Shown: piece after piece, positions 1 to 9,811 of the stretch
Numbering within the stretch: position 1 is the stretch's first letter
Layout: each line of letters opens with the position of its first letter
NCBI GenBank assembly: GCA_030836825.1
Contig: JAUPLR010000022.1
Coordinates: forward strand, 1 to 42,168
Direction of reading: 5' to 3'
Length of the DNA: 42,168 nucleotides
DNA from: Campylobacterota bacterium
GTDB lineage: Bacteria > Campylobacterota > Campylobacteria > Campylobacterales > Sulfurimonadaceae
Position numbers and translations under genes: made by a program
The notes under the pieces: generated by a model
Told to the model about the DNA's origin: nothing
Databases searched by the model: none
The model's input: the letters and a program-made list of their open reading frames with translations, nothing else

Positions 1-191
1 GCTACCATCTTGGCTTTATTCCGAAATCCTTTGATCTGGCTTGGGGTTGGCTTTAGCCATTCACTCACAGCAAAAGGCTCCAATGCTTTATGCAAATGCG
101 CACTTTTTTCAGTTAACTGCTCCGCATAAAACAGATCAATCATTGAACATGAATGGCACACGTCAGTATCGTAATAAGAACAAAAACTCAT
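1..191 (-). CDS. rlmC: 23S rRNA (uracil-747-C5)-methyltransferase RlmC/RumB, N-terminal part (runs off window start)
   Basis: Not in the ORF track. Hand translation from ATG at 191 gives MSFCSYYDTDVCHSCSMIDLFYAEQLTEKSAHLHKALEPFAVSEWLKPTPSQIKGFRNKAKMV. The C-x7-C-x2-C Fe-S motif and GFRNKAKMV match the RumB/RlmC N-terminus. Start overlaps the mfd stop (TAATG). Confidence 0.85.
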   Translation of the reverse strand, partial: MSFCSYYDTDVCHSCSMIDLFYAEQLTEKSAHLHKALEPFAVSEWLKPTPSQIKGFRNKAKMV

Positions 192-3178
192 TATAAAACC
201 TTTGGTTTGACGGTACGTAAATAGTGCAGGACCGTTGCGATCAGATCGTCGTCATCTTTGCTTTTGCTTTGCAGTGTCTCTTTGGCACCGTTAAGATACT
301 CTATCGTGATGTTTTGATTGTAATTGCCCACCATCTTAATCTTCTTCTCAATACTAAGCAGTTTAATCACCATAATCTCAAAAAACTGTTTGGTCGGATT
401 GTCCAGCTTTCCAAAACGGTCTTCCACCTCTTCTTCAATCTCATAAATCTCTGTTGGTTCTTCACAATGACTCAGGCGTCGATAAATTTCCAGACGCAAT
501 CGGTCTTCTCTCACTACCTCATCACTGATAAAGGCACTAACGGTGAGCTTGATGTCTACTTTTGCCCGTACGGCAGTCGTTTGATTGGTCAAGATTTTAA
601 TCGTATCTTCCAACATTCGCAAATACAATGCGTACCCGATGTTTTTGATATGACCGCTTTGGGCATCCCCTACGAGATTTCCACCACCGCGAATTTCGAG
701 ATCATGGTGCGCCAACATCGACCCACTGCCCAAAAAGGAGTTTGATTCAAGCGCCACAAGACGCTTTTTTGCCTCTTCGGTCAAATTGTCTTTATCATTG
801 ACAATGAAATAGGCATACCCTTCGATGTGCCCACGCCCTACACGCCCTCGCAACTGATGCAAATCCGCCATACCAAAGCGATCTGCCCCATCGATAATCA
901 TCGTATTAACCGTCGGCATATGGATACCCGATTCGATAATCGAGGTTGCCAACAATACGTCGTATTCACGATCTTCGAATTTTTTGAGTTCCTCTTCGGT
1001 TACTGCTGAACTGATTTGCGAATGGAGAATCAGAATACGCAAATTGGGGAGAATCGCTTTGAGCTCTCCTGATTTGATCACCATCGAATCAATCGAGTTA
1101 TGAACGTAGAAAAGCTGCCCACCGCGACGAAGCTCACGCAAGATGACTTCTTTGATCAGCTTCTCATCGTAATTTTTAACAAACGTCCGAACACCCAGCC
1201 GTTCACTCGGAGGCGTTAACAGTTCGCTCATGGTTTTGATCGAGCTCAGCGCCTGATTGAGGCTGCGTGGAATGGGTGTGGCACTCATAGAGAGGAGATG
1301 GACGTTATCATAGAGCGATTTGAGCTTCTCTTTTTGCTTCACCCCGAATTTATGCTCTTCATCGATGATAACCAACCCCAATTTCGCACAGCTGACACTA
1401 AACAGCGCATGCGTCCCCACAACACAATCGATCTCACCACTCGAGAGTGCTTTGAGGGTTGCCGTTTTCTCTTTGGCACTCACAAAGCGATCCAACTTGG
1501 CTACTCGTAACCCAAAGGCCCCCAACCTCGTTTTGAGTGAGGTGAAGTGTTGGGAACTTAACAAGGTTGTAGGTACAACCAGCAGTGTCTGATAGCCGCC
1601 GCGAGCTGAGGCAAAAATAGCGTTCATTGCCACCTCTGTTTTGCCAAATCCAACGTCACCGCTAAGAAGACGGTCCATAATGTGTCCGGAACTTAAATCG
1701 CTCACGATAGCAGCGATGGCACTGGCTTGATCGGGAGTGTAGTCAAAACCTGCCGCATTCTGAAAACGACGCAGCTCTCCAGCGTCAACGTGCATCACAG
1801 GCGCTTTGATTAAGGCACGGCTTGCCGCAATTCCGACAATCTCGGAGGCAATCTCAAACAGACGCGTACGGACGCTCTCTTTGAGTTTACCGAAGCTCCC
1901 CTTGCCCAAACGGTCAAGTACGGGAAGTGACCCAGAGGCGATATAACGATCAATGGCATCGAGGTTTTCAACCGGAAGGAGCAGTTTATCGTCTCCCATG
2001 TATTTGAGCACAACAAAATCTTTGATCGCTCCCAATATCTCTGCTTGCTCTATCCCCTCGAAAATTCCTACCCCGTACTCTTCGTGGACAACGTAATCTC
2101 CCACTTTGAGATCGTCTAACAGAATCGATGTTTTACGGCGACGGCGCTTCTTCTCATGGCGATTCAGCGAGAGGATCACCTCATCAGGACCGATAAGATT
2201 GAGAACCATCCCTGCGGTTTTAATCTCCAGCCCCGTGAGATCAAAAATCCCTGCCGCTTTGAGTTGCATCTCATTGGCCGCGATGATGGTAAATTTTTTC
2301 TTCTTGTGAACACTGCGCAGTGTTTCCAGATTCGGAGCGATCAGCGGTGAGTAGTGCACTGCCTCAGGAACGATTGTGCATTCCAAACGTTCTCGCGGCA
2401 ATACGGGATGATTCATTCCATACGATTCATCCAAAAGACTCTTCATTTCACGAAGTCGAAGAACCTTTTTACCTTGCGTAAAATCAGCTCCTTCCTCGCC
2501 CAGCACCCAAAAGCCTAATGAGGCAATGTCTTTGACAAAACTGTCACTATTTGACGCCGAAATCTCTTTCTCAAATCGAGAAAATTGTTCTTCATCCAAC
2601 GAGAAAAAAGCACTCGTGACACGAATCGACGCCAGCTCCTCCGAGAGCGTACGCTGTGTCTCTACGTCAAAGGCTTTAATCTCTTCTATTTCATCGTCAA
2701 ACAAACTAATACGATGAGGATTTTCTTCACCGGGGATATAAATATCGAGAATATCGCCACGATGCGAAACTTCACCTTCCATCTCTACCATATCCACAAA
2801 CGTGTATCCCCAACGTAACAGGGTATGCTTCAGCGAGGTCAAATCAATACGAGAAGCAAATTCAATCTCGATGCTTTGCAGTAATGTTTCATTTGGCAGG
2901 GGATAAAGCAAGGTTTTAAGCGGTGAAATAATCAACGGCTTTCTGGAGGCTTGATAATAGGTACGCAGTGCTAAAAAGAGGGCAAAAAGCTCTTCACCAA
3001 AGGGGCGCAGATCGTCCATGTACGCCGCACGAAAATCGGGAAAAACCACACACTCAATATTTAAAAATTTGGCAACGTCCCAAAGTTCTCCTGCTTCCTT
3101 TGCATCTTCACACACGATCATATCGCATCGGTTTTTTGGGTTGTTTTTCAAATATTCGTAAAATCTTGCTTGAGACAT
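191..3178 (-). CDS. mfd: Transcription-repair coupling factor Mfd
   Basis: 995 aa. CarD-like RID (VGDYVVHEEYGVG), SF2 motifs GDVGFGKT, DEEH, SATPIPR and QLRGRVGR, TRG motif DLEIRGGGNL, C-terminal TRCF domain. Confidence 0.97.
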   Translation of the reverse strand: MSQARFYEYLKNNPKNRCDMIVCEDAKEAGELWDVAKFLNIECVVFPDFRAAYMDDLRPFGEELFALFLALRTYYQASRKPLIISPLKTLLYPLPNETLLQSIEIEFASRIDLTSLKHTLLRWGYTFVDMVEMEGEVSHRGDILDIYIPGEENPHRISLFDDEIEEIKAFDVETQRTLSEELASIRVTSAFFSLDEEQFSRFEKEISASNSDSFVKDIASLGFWVLGEEGADFTQGKKVLRLREMKSLLDESYGMNHPVLPRERLECTIVPEAVHYSPLIAPNLETLRSVHKKKKFTIIAANEMQLKAAGIFDLTGLEIKTAGMVLNLIGPDEVILSLNRHEKKRRRRKTSILLDDLKVGDYVVHEEYGVGIFEGIEQAEILGAIKDFVVLKYMGDDKLLLPVENLDAIDRYIASGSLPVLDRLGKGSFGKLKESVRTRLFEIASEIVGIAASRALIKAPVMHVDAGELRRFQNAAGFDYTPDQASAIAAIVSDLSSGHIMDRLLSGDVGFGKTEVAMNAIFASARGGYQTLLVVPTTLLSSQHFTSLKTRLGAFGLRVAKLDRFVSAKEKTATLKALSSGEIDCVVGTHALFSVSCAKLGLVIIDEEHKFGVKQKEKLKSLYDNVHLLSMSATPIPRSLNQALSSIKTMSELLTPPSERLGVRTFVKNYDEKLIKEVILRELRRGGQLFYVHNSIDSMVIKSGELKAILPNLRILILHSQISSAVTEEELKKFEDREYDVLLATSIIESGIHMPTVNTMIIDGADRFGMADLHQLRGRVGRGHIEGYAYFIVNDKDNLTEEAKKRLVALESNSFLGSGSMLAHHDLEIRGGGNLVGDAQSGHIKNIGYALYLRMLEDTIKILTNQTTAVRAKVDIKLTVSAFISDEVVREDRLRLEIYRRLSHCEEPTEIYEIEEEVEDRFGKLDNPTKQFFEIMVIKLLSIEKKIKMVGNYNQNITIEYLNGAKETLQSKSKDDDDLIATVLHYLRTVKPKVL

Positions 3179-4332
3179 TATGAGTTATTCATCCTCTTTA
3201 AAAATGCTTCGGCAACACTAAAGGAGCCAAAGATCAAGTACTCTTTATCCGGATTGATAGCCTCAAAAGAACCATAATTCAACCCCAACTCTTCCAATAC
3301 AGCCTCCAGCAGTTCTCGTGGCACAATCCGCCCCTCTTCTACCCAAATGATTTCAACGTAATCGATGATCGGGATCAAAATAGACAAAATTTCTCGGTAA
3401 TCTTTGTCCCCGTAGGTATTGTAAACGAGCGTCACTTTTTTACCTTGGAATGCTTGCGCAATCGCACGGGCAGCAAGGGCATTGTGCCCTACATCCAGCG
3501 TCACCTTCTCACTTATTTTATTCAGCCTTCCAAAAAGGGCACTTTGATCAAACAGCGGTGCTTCGACTTTGTACCCTAACAATTCAAACGCCGTCATAGC
3601 CAACGCACAATTATCCTGCAAATAATCACTTAGTCCATTTTTTATGGCAAGGCGCAATGCAATTGCGCCTATGTGCGGATTAATTAACCCCTGCACGTTA
3701 TGCAATTGGCATTTTTTTTCCAAAGCAATCTCGCGCGCTATGGCTTCTACTATTGGATGGTTTTGAACGCCCAAAAGAGCTTTGGCTTTCATACTGCGTA
3801 ATTTCGTCGACGCAATCGACTCGATTGTTGAGCCTAAAAAAGCGCTGTGATCAAAATCGATGGGGGTAAAAATACTGAGCACTTTATCAAAAACATTGGT
3901 AGCATCAAATTCACCCCCAAGCCCCGATTCCAAAACCACGTATTCGCACTGCTCAAAAGCCACCATAGCCAAAAGCGTCGTGTATTCAAAATAACTCAAA
4001 GCTTTTGTCGTTTCATCGTCCAAAAATCCCATAAGCTTTTGATGTGCCGTTTCCAAATCTACATTATCAATATCTTCGCCATCTCTCCAAATACGTTCAT
4101 TAAAATGAAGAATATGCGGAGAGGTATAATGTCCCGTTGTTTTCCCTAAACGGTGCAGTGCGGTTGCCAAAAAGCGTCCCGTAGTCCCTTTACCGTTGGT
4201 GCCCACAATGTGGATAATTTTAGGCTTTGGCAGTAAATGCGCCACGCTTCCATAAGCTTTAGGAAACCTCTCGTAATCAATCGCATCATAAAAAAGTGGT
4301 TTTTGCGTTAAAAACGTCTCTAAGCTCATCAT
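3178..4332 (-). CDS. folC: Bifunctional folylpolyglutamate synthase/dihydrofolate synthase
   Basis: GTNGKGTT P-loop, YTSPH, LESGLGG.DATN and LDVGHN motifs. Confidence 0.95.
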   Translation of the reverse strand: MMSLETFLTQKPLFYDAIDYERFPKAYGSVAHLLPKPKIIHIVGTNGKGTTGRFLATALHRLGKTTGHYTSPHILHFNERIWRDGEDIDNVDLETAHQKLMGFLDDETTKALSYFEYTTLLAMVAFEQCEYVVLESGLGGEFDATNVFDKVLSIFTPIDFDHSAFLGSTIESIASTKLRSMKAKALLGVQNHPIVEAIAREIALEKKCQLHNVQGLINPHIGAIALRLAIKNGLSDYLQDNCALAMTAFELLGYKVEAPLFDQSALFGRLNKISEKVTLDVGHNALAARAIAQAFQGKKVTLVYNTYGDKDYREILSILIPIIDYVEIIWVEEGRIVPRELLEAVLEELGLNYGSFEAINPDKEYLIFGSFSVAEAFLKRMNNS

Positions 4333-5861
4333 GCTTCTACGCGATTGCGCCCTTTATGTTTCGCAGAATACAGACGTTCATCCGCACCTACTTTTAGTGT
4401 TTCCAGTGATGGATAATCTTTGCGCTGGGCTATCCCGATACTCACCGTAACCGCTATGCGCTGTCCTTGATACATGAAGTGAGCTTCTTGTACGTGCATA
4501 CGTACTTTTTCTCCAAATGTTTTAGCACCTGAAAGTTCCGTATCTCCCAAGATAGCCAAAAATTCCTCTCCCCCAAAACGACCGACAATGTCGTTTACAC
4601 GGGCTTCTTCTTTGAAAATATTGGCAAAGGCTTTGAGTACCGCATCTCCGGCTTCATGACCATAGGTATCGTTAACCGATTTAAAAAAGTCCAAATCCAA
4701 TAGGGCAAGACAATAATTACGCCCATAACGGACGTATTCGGCCTCTTTTATCTCCATGCTTTCTTCAAGAGCTCGCTTATTAAATAATTTTGTCAAGAAA
4801 TCTTCTTTGGAAGCCTGCGTTGCCACCGCTAACTGTGATTCCAGCGTAGCGATTTTTTCTCCCATCTCAGTTACTTTTGCATTGTGAGAACGTAAATCAC
4901 GGCTTAATATTTCTACTTTTTCTTCCAATGTGGTGGCAATGGCATACAAACGTTTATGCGCCGTTTTAAAATCTTTAGGTTTATCCGATTCAAGCGCTTC
5001 AAGATCGCGCTTTACGTCCCGTATCTCAGTCGTAGAACTTTCACTGCGTTCTATAAGATCGATCAACTGTGCTGAGAGTTTCCCCAGAAGTTCATCCAGT
5101 GCCTTTACCATCTCTTCAACGCTTTGTTTATCCAGCGCAATGCGCATCGCAATAGCAGTTTTTATCTCTTTTTCAAACTCTTTATGCGATACATAATCAG
5201 GATTGTCGTGTAATTTTTCCATTAGCACGGCTGTTTTATCGTCCAATTTTGGTGCTATTGAAGGGGAGAGCCCCATTATCAGCAACTGCGATATGCGCGT
5301 AAAATCACCCGTTTGCGCTGAACCGACATCAACACGTAATCCCTCAATTGTTTTTTTAAGATTACACGAATCTACCTCTCCAAAATCCGACAATTTCTCC
5401 AAAAAGCTATCATCGTATACGCTCAAGAAATTTTCCCATGCCTGTCTTAGCAGATCAATTTGAGTTTTTCCTGCCTGTGATTCAATCAAAGTAATGGTTT
5501 TTTTAGCAAGAGCGGAAGCGTCTCGATTATGCAAGACTTTAACGCTCATTGCGATGGTCTTGGTCAATGCGCTCAGCACTTCTACGAGGATTGACGCTTC
5601 ACTCGGATTTAAACGGCTCATTTTGGAGATCAAAAAGCGCACCAATTCTGCCGTTGTTTTGACCCGATATTGCTTCACTTCATCCAGTGTTTTTTTATCC
5701 ATAAGCGATGTAAAACGGTCAATACCTTGACAATCTTCTACCTTGACACCCGCTTTTTTAGCTTCAAGACAAAAAGCTTCAGCATACAAATCAGGGGTCC
5801 AAACTTTTCCCTCATTTTTCAAACGCTCAACGGTATTACGCACAATTTGATTAATTGTCAT
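4329..5861 (-). CDS. Diguanylate cyclase (uncharacterised N-terminal helical/coiled-coil region plus GGDEF domain)
   Basis: DFLTKLFNKR, DLDFFKSVNDTYGHEAGD, GRFGGEEF active site, RVND I-site, AKHKGRNRV. Confidence 0.92.
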   Translation of the reverse strand: MTINQIVRNTVERLKNEGKVWTPDLYAEAFCLEAKKAGVKVEDCQGIDRFTSLMDKKTLDEVKQYRVKTTAELVRFLISKMSRLNPSEASILVEVLSALTKTIAMSVKVLHNRDASALAKKTITLIESQAGKTQIDLLRQAWENFLSVYDDSFLEKLSDFGEVDSCNLKKTIEGLRVDVGSAQTGDFTRISQLLIMGLSPSIAPKLDDKTAVLMEKLHDNPDYVSHKEFEKEIKTAIAMRIALDKQSVEEMVKALDELLGKLSAQLIDLIERSESSTTEIRDVKRDLEALESDKPKDFKTAHKRLYAIATTLEEKVEILSRDLRSHNAKVTEMGEKIATLESQLAVATQASKEDFLTKLFNKRALEESMEIKEAEYVRYGRNYCLALLDLDFFKSVNDTYGHEAGDAVLKAFANIFKEEARVNDIVGRFGGEEFLAILGDTELSGAKTFGEKVRMHVQEAHFMYQGQRIAVTVSIGIAQRKDYPSLETLKVGADERLYSAKHKGRNRVEA

Positions 5862-5864
5862 AGC

Positions 5865-6374
5865 TTATTCCTTAGGTGAATTCGAACCTTCTGCCACTAT
5901 TTGCGCAATAAACGCATCAATCGCCTTTTGAGCACTCAAGCTAATAGCACCAAAACGCGCCTGATCGGAAATAATCGCATTGGGCTCTATATCAAAATCA
6001 TACATACCCGACGTAGAATATTCCTTTGATTTTCCAAGAGTACTGCGATTTACCCTCATGCTTACGGTTGTTCGATACGTAATAACGTATCCGTTGGTAT
6101 CATAACGCAAAGGTGAAAAAGTCACCGAAGCAATTTGGATTTTTAAATGCGTTTGAGAAGCATTCTTGGATGTTAATGGCGTACGAAACTTTGTAATAAC
6201 CGCCGTATCCACAGCGTCTTTGATAATAACCGTATTTTGCGGGTCTTCAGCCGATATCAATACTTCCGTACTGACGCTCTCTCCAACAACCGATTGAGCG
6301 TAATGAGCAGCACTTGTATATCCGCATCCCGCAAACATCATCATCGCCGTTATACACCCCGCCAAAATACGCAT
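5865..6374 (-). CDS. lptE: LPS-assembly lipoprotein LptE family
   Basis: Lipobox FAGC followed by GY; located immediately downstream of leuS, the usual lptE position. Confidence 0.8.
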   Translation of the reverse strand: MRILAGCITAMMMFAGCGYTSAAHYAQSVVGESVSTEVLISAEDPQNTVIIKDAVDTAVITKFRTPLTSKNASQTHLKIQIASVTFSPLRYDTNGYVITYRTTVSMRVNRSTLGKSKEYSTSGMYDFDIEPNAIISDQARFGAISLSAQKAIDAFIAQIVAEGSNSPKE

Positions 6375-6376
6375 AC

Positions 6377-8827
6377 CTATCCTTTGATAACCAAGTTAAC
6401 CAATTTACCGGGGATGACGATTGCTTTGGCAATCTCTTTCCCCTCTATCCATTTTTCAACGTGAGCTTTGGCTATCTCAATAATCGTCTCTTGGGATTCT
6501 TGGATACCTACTTCGATCGTAGCACGATTTTTCCCGTTTATGGAAACACCGAACGTAAGGACATCGACGTCAAAAACTTCTTCGCATACGTTTTGAATAT
6601 CGAAATTTTTACCGCCGAAAAGGGCATGTGAAAGTTCCCAACACAGATGCGGAACGATCGGTTCGAGAATCGAGGTTAAAATCCAATACCCTTCCGTCCA
6701 AACTTTCGGATTATTTTGCTCGCCAAGCGCATTCATGGCTTCCATAACACCCGCTATCATCGTGTTAAACGTGTAGCGTTCATTGTACACTTCTTGCGCA
6801 CGCTTGAGGGCTTCATACACTTTTTTACGAGCTGTTTTTTCCTCTTTGGATAACGTTGCATGATCAATTTTTGGAAAACTAGCTGTTTTTTGCGCAAATT
6901 GACTACGATCCGCAAAGCGCTTCAGAAATCGAAATGCCCCCTCAACCGCACTGTCGTTCCACTCTAACTCTTGGGTCGGAGGAGCCGCAAAAAGGATAAA
7001 CAGCCGTGCCGTATCCGCCCCGTATTTTTCGATGATGGCATCCGGATCCACCGTATTTCCCTTGGACTTGGACATTTTTGCCCCGTCTTTGAGCACCATA
7101 CCTTGCGTCAACAGCCGATCAAACGGTTCATCAAACGCAACATATCCTAAATCTCTAAAGACTTTGGTGAAGAAACGGGCATACAGCAAATGCAAAATAG
7201 CGTGTTCAATCCCTCCAATGTAGTGATCCACACCCATCCAGTATTTGATTTGCTCTGATGAGAATGCTTCGCCCTCCCAATTTTTAGGCGATGCGCAAAA
7301 ACGCAAAAAATACCAGCTAGACTCAACAAACGTATCCATGGTATCGGTCTCGCGAATCGCGTCTTTACCGCACGTAGGACATTTGCAATGTTTCCACGTC
7401 GGATGTTTTTCCAGAGGATTGCCTTCTCCCGTTATCTCTACATCATGCGGTAGTGCGATAGGAAGGTTCTCTTTTTTCTCCATCACCAAGCCGCAATCGT
7501 TACAATGGACAAAAGGAATTGGCGCACCCCAATAGCGCTGACGCGATACCCCCCAGTCTTTGAGTTTGTAATTGGTTGTTTTTTGTCCCAATTTCATGTT
7601 TTCAAAGTGCTCTATAATGTTGCCTTGAGCCTCTTTGGAGTTAATCCCATCAAACGGACCCGAATTAAAAAGTATTCCCACTTCCGTAAACGCTTTGGAT
7701 AGATCCGGTTCACCCTCAAGCGGCTTAATAACGGCATGGATTGGCAAACTGTATTTTTTTGCAAAATCAAAATCACGATCATCGTGCGCAGGAACGGCCA
7801 TAACCGCACCACTGCCGTAATCCATTAAGACAAAGTTAGCAATCCATACTGGAATTTTTACTTTCGTTAGCGGATGAAGGACATTGAGCTCTAAGGATAC
7901 ACCACTCTTTTCTTTTTGACGGTCGATGGATGAGCTATTTTTCATCTCTTTGATTTGAGCAATCACCGCAGTATCCAACAAAGCGTTCTCAATCATATAC
8001 GATACGACTGGGTGTTCAGGAGCTAATGCCGTATACGAAACGCCATAGATGGTATCCGGACGCGTCGTAAAAACATCAAAACTCTCAAACACACCACTTA
8101 ACTTTCTCTTGCTTTCATCGTCAAATAGCAGATCAAACGCCAATCCATTGGATTTTCCAATCCAGTTTTCTTGCATGGTCAAGACTTGTTTGGGCCAACC
8201 GCCCTCAAGTTTGTGCAGATCCTCCAGCAGTTCATCGCCGTATTGGGTAATCTTGAAATAATACTGATTCATGTCTTTTTTGACGATGGGCGTATCGCAT
8301 CTCCAACAGCACCCGTCCACGACTTGTTCATTGGCCAAAACGGTCAAATCATGCGGACACCAGTTAAGCATCCCTTTTTTACGATACAGAAGCCCTTTTT
8401 CATACATATCGATGATAAAGCCCTGCTCGAATTTCGTATACAGTTCATCGCTGGTAGCAAGCTCCCGATCTTTTGAAAAAGAAAAGCCCAATGAGGCAAA
8501 CTCTTTTTTCATGTAATCGATATTATCGTACGTCCACCCTTTTGGATGGGAACCGTTTTTGATTGCTGCATTTTCTGCAGGCATTCCAAAGCTGTCAAAG
8601 CCGATCGGGTGAAGGACATTAAGCCCTTGCTGACGGTAATAACGGGCAAAGGTATCACTAAGGGTATAATTTCTAACATGTCCCATATGCAGTCTTCCGC
8701 TTGGAAACGGGAACATACTCAGGATGTATTTTTTTTCTTTGCTAAAATCTTCACTTGGTTCAAAGCTTTTGTTTTCAAGCCAAAATTTTTGCCATTTGGC
8801 TTCAATCTCTTTGGGGACGTAATTCAA
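6377..8827 (-). CDS. leuS: Leucine--tRNA ligase
   Basis: HMGH and KMSKS class I motifs, FTTRPDT editing domain, [12 protein letters not shown]. Confidence 0.98.
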   Translation of the reverse strand: MNYVPKEIEAKWQKFWLENKSFEPSEDFSKEKKYILSMFPFPSGRLHMGHVRNYTLSDTFARYYRQQGLNVLHPIGFDSFGMPAENAAIKNGSHPKGWTYDNIDYMKKEFASLGFSFSKDRELATSDELYTKFEQGFIIDMYEKGLLYRKKGMLNWCPHDLTVLANEQVVDGCCWRCDTPIVKKDMNQYYFKITQYGDELLEDLHKLEGGWPKQVLTMQENWIGKSNGLAFDLLFDDESKRKLSGVFESFDVFTTRPDTIYGVSYTALAPEHPVVSYMIENALLDTAVIAQIKEMKNSSSIDRQKEKSGVSLELNVLHPLTKVKIPVWIANFVLMDYGSGAVMAVPAHDDRDFDFAKKYSLPIHAVIKPLEGEPDLSKAFTEVGILFNSGPFDGINSKEAQGNIIEHFENMKLGQKTTNYKLKDWGVSRQRYWGAPIPFVHCNDCGLVMEKKENLPIALPHDVEITGEGNPLEKHPTWKHCKCPTCGKDAIRETDTMDTFVESSWYFLRFCASPKNWEGEAFSSEQIKYWMGVDHYIGGIEHAILHLLYARFFTKVFRDLGYVAFDEPFDRLLTQGMVLKDGAKMSKSKGNTVDPDAIIEKYGADTARLFILFAAPPTQELEWNDSAVEGAFRFLKRFADRSQFAQKTASFPKIDHATLSKEEKTARKKVYEALKRAQEVYNERYTFNTMIAGVMEAMNALGEQNNPKVWTEGYWILTSILEPIVPHLCWELSHALFGGKNFDIQNVCEEVFDVDVLTFGVSINGKNRATIEVGIQESQETIIEIAKAHVEKWIEGKEIAKAIVIPGKLVNLVIKG

Positions 8828-8839
8828 AAAAACTCCTAA

Positions 8840-9811
8840 TTAAACAATGCCCTGCTCAAATTGAGCACGCATTTTTTCTTTTTCGATTTCTCTTATCGCT
8901 TTTTCAGAAAGTTTGGCTCGATAATTTTTCATATTAAATCCAAGTATTTCCAATAATGGAGAAGCAACGAAAATCGAACTGTACGTCCCTACAACAACAC
9001 CCACCAAAAGGGTGGAGGCAAAGGTGTGAATAATTTCCCCGCCAAATACAAACAGCGTCACTAAAACAATAAATACGGTGAATGATGTTAAAACCGTACG
9101 CGAAAGCGTTTGCGTAACCGAGTCGTCAATAATTTCATTCACACTGGCTGCCGATGTTGCCGTAATCTCTTCACGGATTCGATCAAATACAATAATCGTA
9201 TCATTAATCGAGTATCCCAAAATCGTTAGCAATGCGGCAATAACATCCAGATTTACCTCCAATTGAAAAAGAGAAATAGCTCCCACGGCAATCGTAAGGT
9301 CATGCACGAGGGCCAAGACCGATGCTACCGCAAAACGCCATTCAAAGCGAAAGGATACATAGATCAAAATGCCGATAATGGCAAAAGTCAATGCCATGAT
9401 CCCTTTTTCACGCAACTCGTTTCCGACTTTGGCTCCAACGATGTCAACACGGCGTATCTCGAACGTTCCCGTTCCCGACAACTGCTCACGAGTAACATCT
9501 CCGATATCTCGAGTAACGCTTTCCGAACTGTTTTTCAAACGAATGACGACTTCATCGGGTGAACCGAATTCATTGATGCTTGAACCCTCAAACATGGGAT
9601 TGGTGCTGAGCTTCTGACGCATTGTGTCAATGGGTGCAGCGCCCTCATATTTGACTTGAATAATCGTGCCGCCGGCAAAATCAATCCCGAAATTCATCCC
9701 TTTGGTAAAAATAATAACCAATGACGCAATCACCATAAATACAGAAAGGCCCATTGCAAATTTGGATTTTGCCATAAGGGGAATGGGCTTAGAACATCGA
9801 AATAATTCCAT
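8840..9811 (-). CDS. secF: Protein translocase subunit SecF
   Basis: GIDFAGG and GYSINDTIIVFDRIRE motifs. Likely start is ATG at 9811 (MELFR...), overlapping the secD stop (TAATG), rather than 9838. Confidence 0.96.
   Translation of the reverse strand: MELFRCSKPIPLMAKSKFAMGLSVFMVIASLVIIFTKGMNFGIDFAGGTIIQVKYEGAAPIDTMRQKLSTNPMFEGSSINEFGSPDEVVIRLKNSSESVTRDIGDVTREQLSGTGTFEIRRVDIVGAKVGNELREKGIMALTFAIIGILIYVSFRFEWRFAVASVLALVHDLTIAVGAISLFQLEVNLDVIAALLTILGYSINDTIIVFDRIREEITATSAASVNEIIDDSVTQTLSRTVLTSFTVFIVLVTLFVFGGEIIHTFASTLLVGVVVGTYSSIFVASPLLEILGFNMKNYRAKLSEKAIREIEKEKMRAQFEQGIV

Noticed and set aside
224-745. 173 aa plus-strand ORF inside mfd, and the many similar 60-180 aa nested ORFs in the track
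   Set aside because: Antisense or alternate-frame shadows with no recognisable motifs or translation signals.
191-3178. Mfd is shorter than the E. coli protein
   Set aside because: About 1000 aa is normal for Campylobacterota Mfd; all motifs are intact with no frameshift.
8725-8740. A/T homopolymer runs (for example in leuS and flgV) as possible phase-variation tracts
   Set aside because: Short, in frame and Lys/Phe-coding; no long poly-G/C tracts seen.
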